Assembly: GCA_964524515.1 (NCBI GenBank)
Contig: CAZGEA010000004.1
Coordinates: 32,015-96,014 of the forward strand
Source: an uncultured Gammaproteobacteria bacterium
GTDB lineage: Bacteria > Patescibacteriota > Microgenomatia > UBA8517
DNA: 64,000 nucleotides
Reading direction: 5' to 3'
Shown here one piece after another: positions 55,383 to 64,000 of this stretch (its first letter is position 1; every line of letters starts with the position of its first letter). The notes beneath the pieces are model-generated. The model ran no database searches. It had not been told where the DNA came from and saw nothing but the letters and a program-made list of their open reading frames with translations. The position numbers and the translations under genes are program-made.

Positions 55383-55428
55383 ATATACACCCTGCACCCA
55401 CCAACTTCTATTGGGTGCAGGGGTGTGT
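55383..55428 (+). other. long GC-rich hairpin (possible 3'-end/stability element; no adjacent U-tract)
   Basis: AUAUAC(A)CCCUGCACCCA pairs with UGGGUGCAGGGGUGUGU around an 11-nt loop. Two U-G wobbles (55384/55427 and 55386/55425) fit only a plus-strand RNA. Confidence 0.5.
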
Positions 55429-55441
55429 ACCGATAACAGGC

Positions 55442-55470
55442 TTGAATTTTTGAGTTCAAGATGTTAGTGT
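55442..55470 (+). promoter_or_regulatory. possible promoter for the 55479 gene (near-leaderless)
   Basis: TTGAAT, a 17-nt spacer, then TAGTGT. The -10 box ends 8 nt before the ATG and no SD is visible. Confidence 0.3.
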
Positions 55471-55478
55471 AAGACCAC

Positions 55479-56072
55479 ATGAACAAACGAGTTAAATTAA
55501 CTCTTACACTTTTGACTGCAGCTTCGATCTTCCCCATTTCTTATTCTTTATCTCACGCTGAATCATCTTCAATAAAACTAAACAACACAGTAACTAATGG
55601 GACTATAAAAACTGAAATCCAAACATCAGGAAACGCTAAAGCCACGGTTTCAACAACAGTAAACGGAAAAAATACAACTGTGACATCTGCTCAAGGATCA
55701 ACAACCGTTAAAACCACAAATGAAAAAGGAGAAACTACGACCAAAACACTCGAAGATGGATCTGAAGTAAAAATAGAAAATGGATCAGTTAAAGTGATGA
55801 CTGAAAATGGAGAGAAAACTGTTTCTGTAACAACTGAGCAAGCAGTGGAGGCGATTGTTAACAATGGAACAATATCACATGAATCAAACATTAAAATTGA
55901 AACCAGTGGAGATAATGTTAATTATGTAATTACAGGATACCAGGACAAGAGATTTTTGGGTGTGTTTCCTATTAAATTGACCCGTGTTGTGACTTACTCT
56001 GCAAATGAGAGAACAGTTTCTTCAGTTCATAGGTCTTTTTTGACCAAAGTACTAGATCGTCTTTCTTTTTAA
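55479..56072 (+). CDS. secreted Thr-rich hypothetical protein (paralog family with the 50924..51646 product)
   Basis: Signal peptide MNKRVKLTLTLLTAASIFPISYSLSHA, host-like AT-rich codons, and a shared C-terminal motif. Confidence 0.55.
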   Translation: MNKRVKLTLTLLTAASIFPISYSLSHAESSSIKLNNTVTNGTIKTEIQTSGNAKATVSTTVNGKNTTVTSAQGSTTVKTTNEKGETTTKTLEDGSEVKIENGSVKVMTENGEKTVSVTTEQAVEAIVNNGTISHESNIKIETSGDNVNYVITGYQDKRFLGVFPIKLTRVVTYSANERTVSSVHRSFLTKVLDRLSF

Positions 56073-57604
56073 AAGAGACTTTGTTGAGATTTTTTTAGTT
56101 TAAATTTAAACCTTTTTTCTTTAATTTTTGCAGTTTTTGGATCTTCTTTTTGCGGAGTTACATTTTCTACTAACATCGCGAGGTCTGATTTTTGACTAGA
56201 AATTATAATTAAATTATTTTTTGCTCGTGTCACTGCCACATACATTAATCTTTTTTCTTCATCAAAATTATTTTTATTTTTAATTTCTGAATCCAAAATT
56301 ATTACATTTTTGAACTCCAATCCTTTTGATGAATGAATTGATGACAAAGTTACAAACTCTAGATTTTCATCGAAGTATTCTTTATTTTTTAGTTCCTCAA
56401 TGTAATTTAAGAAATCAGAAATTTTTAGATATTTTTGATCAATCAGATTTATTCTTTGTAATAGTTCATCTGATAAATCAATATTATTTTCTTTTATCAC
56501 TTCAAATATTACTTGGTTTTTATTTTCATTTTCTTTTAAAATTTGTATTAGAGTTTCAAATTCTTTTGATTGCCAAATTGAATCCCCTATTTTTTGGTAT
56601 GGAATACCAGATTCTGTTAACTTTTCAGAAATATGTTTTGCCAAATGATGATTTCTATATAAAACCGCGAAATCTTTAAAACTTGAATTTTCCTCACTAT
56701 GAAAATTACTTGATGACATTAAATCAATCCCTCCAACTTTTGAAATTATGAAGTCTACTATAAATTGCGATTGGGATTTGTTATCAAGAGATAATATATT
56801 TTGAATAATACTTTGAGATTTGTTATGTGCTACAAAATTTGCTGCAACTGGAAATAATTCTTTGGAGATATTTATTATTTCTTTTGTGTTTCTGTAATTT
56901 ATATTTAGTGTTATTGTTTTTACTTTTGGAAAATCTTTTTTGATAGTCTCAAAAATATTAGAATCTGAACCTCGAAATGAATAGATCGATTGCAGTGGAT
57001 CGCCAACTACGACTAGGTTTGTTTTAGTACTTTTTAATTTTTTAATAATTTCATATTGAATTATGTTTGTGTCTTGAAACTCATCAATCAAAATATAATC
57101 AAAATCCAAATCGATATTTGTACCTAAAAAATAAAGTAATAAATCATCGAAATCAATTTTACCGCTATCTGATAATAATTTATTATATTTATCGATGAGT
57201 AAATCTTGCTTTTTTGATAGTTTGCTTTTAAAGAGACTTATATAATTAGAGATATTTCTTTTTGATTTTTTGAATTCTTTTGAGAGAATTGACAGGGTTT
57301 CATTTCTTTCAAAATTTGTAATTATTGTTAAATTTTTATTTATGGATTGGAGATAATCAAAAGCCAGTGAGTGAAATGTTTCTGTTATAACAGATTTATT
57401 TTTGATTCTTTCTTTTAATTCATTTGCCGCTCTCTTTGTAAAAGTTAAAGCTAAAATTTTTGAAGGTTTAATGCTTTTATCTTTAATTAAGTAATTAATT
57501 TTTTCTGACAATACTCTTGTTTTTCCAGTTCCCGGGCCAGCAACAATTATGAGTACGTTTGAATCATCTTTAATCGCTTTTTTTTGATTTTCATTTAGCT
57601 GCAT
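56069..57604 (-). CDS. UvrD/PcrA-family SF1 DNA helicase (short, 511 aa)
   Basis: AGPGTGKT Walker A, LIDEFQDTN, VGDPLQSIYSFRG, and a C-terminal VTRAKNNL. Confidence 0.8.
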   Translation of the reverse strand: MQLNENQKKAIKDDSNVLIIVAGPGTGKTRVLSEKINYLIKDKSIKPSKILALTFTKRAANELKERIKNKSVITETFHSLAFDYLQSINKNLTIITNFERNETLSILSKEFKKSKRNISNYISLFKSKLSKKQDLLIDKYNKLLSDSGKIDFDDLLLYFLGTNIDLDFDYILIDEFQDTNIIQYEIIKKLKSTKTNLVVVGDPLQSIYSFRGSDSNIFETIKKDFPKVKTITLNINYRNTKEIINISKELFPVAANFVAHNKSQSIIQNILSLDNKSQSQFIVDFIISKVGGIDLMSSSNFHSEENSSFKDFAVLYRNHHLAKHISEKLTESGIPYQKIGDSIWQSKEFETLIQILKENENKNQVIFEVIKENNIDLSDELLQRINLIDQKYLKISDFLNYIEELKNKEYFDENLEFVTLSSIHSSKGLEFKNVIILDSEIKNKNNFDEEKRLMYVAVTRAKNNLIIISSQKSDLAMLVENVTPQKEDPKTAKIKEKRFKFKLKKSQQSLF

Positions 57605-58903
57605 TTACAATCCTAAACCCAACTGTGAATCTTCTTTTGATTCCAATTCACCAGCTTTAAAAACCTTAACTATTCCGTACACACCATCATAGCCTGGATC
57701 GATTACTATATCTTTTCTTCTTACTTTATCGATCGCATGGGATAACATTTCAAAGCCTGCATCTTTAATTTCTTTGATTGTTCTATTTCTAAAAATCGAG
57801 AAATCACTTCCGAGTGTTGAATATATTTTTTCATACTCTTCAACAACTGATTTTGCACCAATACTTTTAATATTTTTTATTTCTGCAATCATTTCAATAA
57901 TGGGAACAATACTGTGAACTTCTTTGTGTTTTTTGGGAATGAAGTCTTCTGGCCTATCTGCTAGATCATCGACTCTGTGCATGACTCCAACAACTAAAGG
58001 AGTGTGACAAACTGGACAGATTCCATTTAGTTTATTCGTTTCACTTGGAAGCAATTTAATATTGCATTTTCTGTGTCCGTCCAAGTGGTACATTCCCTCT
58101 TCTGGGAAGAATTCAAAAGTACCAATAAAGCGTTTGTCATTTGTTTTTATTGCTCCAATAATTTCTTTATATGATAAATCGCAATTAATTATATTTGCTT
58201 CACGAGCTAGTTTTGGAAGAGAGTGAGCATCTGATCCTGAAATAATAGTAATTTTGTCTAATTGAGATAATCTCCAATTCATAAATGGATCTGATGATAA
58301 ACCTGTCTCAATTGCGTAAATATGCGGGGACAAATCACCAAAACAATCTGTTATTGTGTCAAATCCTGATTTTGAGCCAAACATTGCAAACCAGGGAGTC
58401 CAAATGTGGGCTGGAATAAACAGTGAATCTGGATCTGAATTTATAGTTATTTTTAATAAGTCATAGCTGTCCATTCCAATAATTGGACGACCATCTGCTT
58501 TTAGATTAGCTCCCCTTTTTGTAAGTTCTGTATTGATATTTTTTGCAACTTTTAATGATGGAGTGATTACTAAATTATGAAGCCGTCTTCCTTTACCGTT
58601 TCTTGTATACATATTACTTATTTCAACTGTTGGAATAAACCTTACAATATTATCTTTTACAGAATTGGGTAGAAATTTATCAACTTCTTTTGCTAAATCT
58701 TTTTTTAGTGAATATAAACCACCATCTGATTCTTCTAGTCCATTTTCTAACTCTTCAAACCATTTTGGGTGAGTAAAATCCCCAGTTCCAATTACATTAA
58801 TTCCTTTTATCTTTGCCCATTTGTAGATTTCAGGAAGTGTTAATTTACTGCTTGTGGCACGAGCGAAACGTGAATGGATGTGGAGATCAACTATTAGTTC
58901 CAT
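57605..58903 (-). CDS. endonuclease Q-like PHP-domain nuclease
   Basis: N-terminal DLHIHSRFARATS..GTGDFTHPKW PHP metal site and an internal zinc knuckle CPVCHTPL. At 432 aa, both the length and the N-terminus resemble archaeal EndoQ. Confidence 0.7.
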   Translation of the reverse strand: MELIVDLHIHSRFARATSSKLTLPEIYKWAKIKGINVIGTGDFTHPKWFEELENGLEESDGGLYSLKKDLAKEVDKFLPNSVKDNIVRFIPTVEISNMYTRNGKGRRLHNLVITPSLKVAKNINTELTKRGANLKADGRPIIGMDSYDLLKITINSDPDSLFIPAHIWTPWFAMFGSKSGFDTITDCFGDLSPHIYAIETGLSSDPFMNWRLSQLDKITIISGSDAHSLPKLAREANIINCDLSYKEIIGAIKTNDKRFIGTFEFFPEEGMYHLDGHRKCNIKLLPSETNKLNGICPVCHTPLVVGVMHRVDDLADRPEDFIPKKHKEVHSIVPIIEMIAEIKNIKSIGAKSVVEEYEKIYSTLGSDFSIFRNRTIKEIKDAGFEMLSHAIDKVRRKDIVIDPGYDGVYGIVKVFKAGELESKEDSQLGLGL

Positions 58904-60390
58904 AACAATCTTTTTTGCACTAAAATGCCATCAAAGTCAACTGTTTCGACTAGAATACTTTTTTTATCGGACCAGTTTATTAACTCGTTCATATATCGAG
59001 ATGGAATTCTGTTGGTTTTATCAATTAACAAATATAGGTATTTTTCATTACCAGTTTGTTTTTCTAAGGTACTGAAAGGCTCCAATTGATCACCACCTGA
59101 AAAAGTAGGCATTTTTTTATTACTAAATAATGGATAAAGATAGCTCCAGGAATAATTAATATAGAGTGGGTTCGTTAATGAATTTATTGTAAATGAATTG
59201 TTATTTGATGAGGTAAATGTGTATTTAGCTACGCTTAATTGAGTTTTTAGAATTGAAGATCTGTCCGGTTCAAGCAAGTAAGCTGAGTTATTTTGTAAAT
59301 TAAAATTAATTAAATTAACAACAATTACAATTACTGCAAAAATTGATAACCATCTTGGTTTAAGAAGTGATAAAACTTCTGTAATTGATAGTACAACTGC
59401 CCCAAATGAACCAATTAAAAACCATGGAGCACTGTGATAGCCTAAGACAAGCATTGTAAATGGAGAGAAAAGATAAATAATTAAAAATAAATATTTATCG
59501 CGATTTTCTTTACTTTTAAAATTTCTAAAAAGTGATACGAATAAGATGAATATTATTATTACTGCAATTATTTTTGATAGATTCATGTTTTGAGGTATTA
59601 AATTTTGAGTAAAAATATCTGCAAGCCTATCAAAAGTATTAAGTAATCTATTTTCTGATCCCTGGCCGCCTACTTTGGAACCGGCTGAAAAAAGTGACAG
59701 CACACCAGCTCCTTTGAACTTTATTTCAGTTAAAATCAGACTGGAAATTGCAAAGCAAAAACTTAAAATTGAAAAAATAATAGTTTTGAAATTTGGAAAC
59801 TTCATTCGAAGTGCTAAAAACAAAATTCCTGCGACTGGAATTAAATAAAGCATGAACAGTTCAAACTGAATTGATAAACCAAGGAAAAATGCAGCCAGAA
59901 CTAAATTTTTAGGTCTTCCATTTCTGTATTCAAAAAGAAATAGAAAAAACAATGGAACTGTTAGGAAAGTGATTACAGGATTTGATATCCAACCAGAATA
60001 TTGAATCCAACCAATTGAAACTGCTGAGAGAAGTGCTACTGTTAATGATTTTTTATTGTCATTAAATAGCTTTTTTGATAGAAAATAAACTGCAGCTAAG
60101 GCTAAAATATTAAAAAGTGATAATAGTGCTGAAATTGATATTGGATTTTTTGAGAAAAACATCAAAAAAGAAAGTAGATACCAAAAGCCAACTCCATGAT
60201 GAAGTCCAGCATTATTCCCAGCAGTTGGACCTATTATTTTTATATCACCATTTACTAAAATATCTTTTGCTTGAAACAAATCTCTATATTGATCAAAGCC
60301 CAATATAATATTGCCTGGAAGAATTAAATTTAATCTTAAAAAGATTGCCAAAATTAGAATCAAAACAAAAATCAAAGTAGTTTGCTTCAT
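58894..60390 (-). CDS. polytopic membrane glycosyltransferase (GT39/ArnT-PMT-like)
   Basis: 498 aa with more than 10 hydrophobic helices and an early DxD-like loop (FDQYRD), plus a C-terminal soluble domain. Confidence 0.55.
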   Translation of the reverse strand: MKQTTLIFVLILILAIFLRLNLILPGNIILGFDQYRDLFQAKDILVNGDIKIIGPTAGNNAGLHHGVGFWYLLSFLMFFSKNPISISALLSLFNILALAAVYFLSKKLFNDNKKSLTVALLSAVSIGWIQYSGWISNPVITFLTVPLFFLFLFEYRNGRPKNLVLAAFFLGLSIQFELFMLYLIPVAGILFLALRMKFPNFKTIIFSILSFCFAISSLILTEIKFKGAGVLSLFSAGSKVGGQGSENRLLNTFDRLADIFTQNLIPQNMNLSKIIAVIIIFILFVSLFRNFKSKENRDKYLFLIIYLFSPFTMLVLGYHSAPWFLIGSFGAVVLSITEVLSLLKPRWLSIFAVIVIVVNLINFNLQNNSAYLLEPDRSSILKTQLSVAKYTFTSSNNNSFTINSLTNPLYINYSWSYLYPLFSNKKMPTFSGGDQLEPFSTLEKQTGNEKYLYLLIDKTNRIPSRYMNELINWSDKKSILVETVDFDGILVQKRLLWN

Positions 60391-60415
60391 TATTTGTAGT
60401 ATACAATTAGTAACA

Positions 60416-62110
60416 ATGACTGCCCAGACAAAAGCAATTGAAGTAGCTTATTTTTCAATGGAGATAATGCTTGAAAGTGATATTCCAACATATGCAGGAG
60501 GACTTGGAATATTGGCTGGTGATGTACTTCGATCTTGCGCTGATATGAAAATTCCAGCTTGCGGAGTATCTCTGGTTTACAGTGGTGCAACTTTTAATCA
60601 AGTGATTCATACAAATGGAACCCAGAGTTTTACGGAGGCTAATTGGCAAAAAAGTGATCAATTAACCAAACTATCAGACAGAGTTGAAATCAAAATAATG
60701 AATACTCCTGTTTTAGTCTCTGTTTGGAGATATGACATTGTTGGAATTGGCGGTTTTGTTGTCCCTGTATATTTATTGGATACTGATTTTATTGAAAACC
60801 CTGAATGGATCCGAGAGATTACTAAATATTTATATGATAGCTCCCCTAATATGAGAATTTCCCAAGAGATTGTATTGGGAATTGGAGGAGTAGAACTTCT
60901 TTCAAAACTTGGCTATGAAGTTCAAACATATCATATGAACGAAGGACATTGTAGTTTTGTTCCACTGGCTCTCTTGCCTAAATATAATTTTCAAGACGAT
61001 GAAGTTCGCAAGAAATGTGTATTTACAACACACACTCCTGTACCTGAAGGTCATGATCAATTTAGCTGGGATGAAGCTTACAAATATGCAGGAGACTATT
61101 TGCCTTGGCATATTAAGTCTTTGACAGGTGAGGAAACAATGCACATGAGTCGACTTGCAATATCACTTTCTAAAAAAACTTTTGCGGTTTCAATAAAACA
61201 TAAGGAAGTAACTGGCAACATGTTTCCAAATCATGATTTTGATTATGTAACCAATGGGGTTCACCATAGGACTTGGCTCTCTTCCCCCATGCAGGATTTA
61301 TTGACAACTTATATTCCTGGATGGATTGATGACCCTTCACTTCTTAGATGGTCGCCTGATAAAATTCCAACTGATGCTTTGTGGAGTGCACACCGGGAAT
61401 CAAAGAGACAATTGATTTCATATGTTAATGCTCGCCTCACTTCAGGAGTAACTGAAGAAGACCGGCAAAATCCACAAAAAGAGGAGTTGTTTGACCTTGC
61501 TACTCTTACAATTTCACTTGCACGCCGCCCTGTAGCATACAAACGACCACTACTTCTTTATTCTGACTTGCATCGTTTTATGAGAATAGGAGTTGGCAAA
61601 ATTCAAATTATCCAATGTGGAAAAAGCCACCCAAAGGATGATGTATCACAAGGATATGTAAAAGAAATTTTACGATTATCTAAAAAGCTTAGAACACTTT
61701 TGAAAATTGTTTATTTAGAGAATTATTCTCCTAAGATTGCAAGGCTCTTGGTTTCAGGATCGGATGTTTGGCTTAATAACCCAAAAAGGCCACTTGAGGC
61801 ATCTGGAACTTCTGGTATGAAAGCTGCGATGAACGGTGTTGTTAATTTTTCAGTTTTAGATGGATGGTATTTGGAAGGGCATAAAACTAATCCACAAGCT
61901 GGGTTTACTATTGGACCAGACCATGGTGAATCAAATGATACTGAAGATTCAAATGATTTATATGAAAAATTACAAACTCAAGTAATTCCAATGTATTATG
62001 ATCATCGCACTGAGTGGGTAAATAGAATGAAACAGGCAATTACACTTGGGGCTTATTTTAATACTCACCGTGTGGTTAAAGAATATCGTGAGAAAGGTTG
62101 GAAGAAGTAA
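60416..62110 (+). CDS. glgP: alpha-glucan (glycogen/maltodextrin) phosphorylase, short GT35 type
   Basis: YFSMEI..IPTYAGGLGILAGD N-terminus and an EASGTSGMKA PLP-lysine motif. The start was chosen at MTAQTK; the track ORF begins at 60311 inside the opposite gene. Confidence 0.85.
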   Translation: MTAQTKAIEVAYFSMEIMLESDIPTYAGGLGILAGDVLRSCADMKIPACGVSLVYSGATFNQVIHTNGTQSFTEANWQKSDQLTKLSDRVEIKIMNTPVLVSVWRYDIVGIGGFVVPVYLLDTDFIENPEWIREITKYLYDSSPNMRISQEIVLGIGGVELLSKLGYEVQTYHMNEGHCSFVPLALLPKYNFQDDEVRKKCVFTTHTPVPEGHDQFSWDEAYKYAGDYLPWHIKSLTGEETMHMSRLAISLSKKTFAVSIKHKEVTGNMFPNHDFDYVTNGVHHRTWLSSPMQDLLTTYIPGWIDDPSLLRWSPDKIPTDALWSAHRESKRQLISYVNARLTSGVTEEDRQNPQKEELFDLATLTISLARRPVAYKRPLLLYSDLHRFMRIGVGKIQIIQCGKSHPKDDVSQGYVKEILRLSKKLRTLLKIVYLENYSPKIARLLVSGSDVWLNNPKRPLEASGTSGMKAAMNGVVNFSVLDGWYLEGHKTNPQAGFTIGPDHGESNDTEDSNDLYEKLQTQVIPMYYDHRTEWVNRMKQAITLGAYFNTHRVVKEYREKGWKK

Positions 62111-62119
62111 TTTAAAAAA

Positions 62120-63766
<1,647 letters not shown>

Positions 63767-63855
63767 TTATATATTTAATTTATTTTTTACTATAATTTCT
63801 TTTAAAAATCTAATTCTTCGAGACTGCGTGGCCAGAATTATATTTTTAAAAGAAA

Positions 63856-64000
63856 CTAATTTACTATGGCCAAAATATCGTCGAATTTTACAAAAAGATA
63901 TTCTTTGCCGTCTAATTTAACTTCGTTTCCACCCCATTTTTTGTAGATTACTTCATCTCCTACTTTAACTGGAGATTTTTTGGTTTTGCCATTTTCCAAA
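63856..64000 (-). CDS. groS: co-chaperonin GroES, C-terminal part (runs off right edge)
   Basis: The minus-strand reading is ...LENGKTKKSPVKVGDEVIYKKWGGNEVKLDGKEYLFVKFDDILAIVN, ending in a stop at 63856-63858. Confidence 0.85.
   Translation of the reverse strand, partial: LENGKTKKSPVKVGDEVIYKKWGGNEVKLDGKEYLFVKFDDILAIVN

Larger units (their letters stand above)
52522..55440 (+). other. compositionally foreign insert (putative horizontally acquired promoter / RNA / ORF / ribozyme cassette)
   Basis: There is an abrupt GC shift. A hand count gives 40/60 G+C for 53221-53280 versus 18/60 for 51661-51720. GCG/CCG/ACG-rich codon usage is unlike the flanks. Flanking genes are paralogous host-type secreted proteins. 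Confidence 0.7.

Noticed and set aside
52589-55388. 9-nt inverted repeat GTATATCGG (52589-52597) / CCGATATAC (55380-55388) as terminal inverted repeats of the insert
   Set aside because: A 9-mer match between two regions of about 500 nt is expected by chance roughly once. The repeats are not at the composition boundaries and no target-site duplication accompanies them.

Overview
This is an AT-rich, gene-dense bacterial segment, transcribed mostly from the minus strand. Its gene content looks like a Candidate Phyla Radiation / Patescibacteria genome. That impression rests on an archaeal-type ATP-dependent DNA ligase, endonuclease Q, a class Ia aldolase, archaeal-type TIM, a split transketolase, GH57/GH15 glycogen genes, and many small membrane or secreted hypotheticals. 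Recognisable blocks, left to right:
- trxB, a Pro-rich ORF and trxA
- a glycogen cluster (ROK kinase, GH15, GH57, glycogen-synthase-like GT)
- pth, DNA ligase, Fic, recF, mutM, ftsH, trpS
- two CAU tRNAs, a Xer-type recombinase, pyk, and a tRNA with a UAU anticodon
- a VirD4/TraG-like ATPase
- an nrdR-nrdJ-pduO operon
- two tandem PBP1A genes plus a beta-lactamase-like gene
- an 11-gene sugar-phosphate cluster (aldolase through glutaredoxin)
- an EndoQ plus UvrD-like helicase pair
- glgP, groEL and groES

The outstanding anomaly is a compositionally foreign insert of about 2.9 kb at roughly 52.5-55.4 kb. In order, it contains:
- a near-consensus sigma70 promoter
- a leader of about 460 nt with no ORF and heavy base pairing, including a 167-nt rod-like hairpin
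- a GC-rich 684-aa secreted gene (PT-rich linkers plus a beta-propeller-like region)
- a compact multi-helix 3' RNA that ends in a textbook type III hammerhead self-cleaving ribozyme (predicted cut between 55241 and 55242)
- a long GC-rich hairpin

No integrase, transposase or reverse transcriptase accompanies it. I regard this promoter / structured RNA / ORF / ribozyme cassette as the best candidate for an undescribed system in the window. No CRISPR array, rRNA or obvious IS element was seen.
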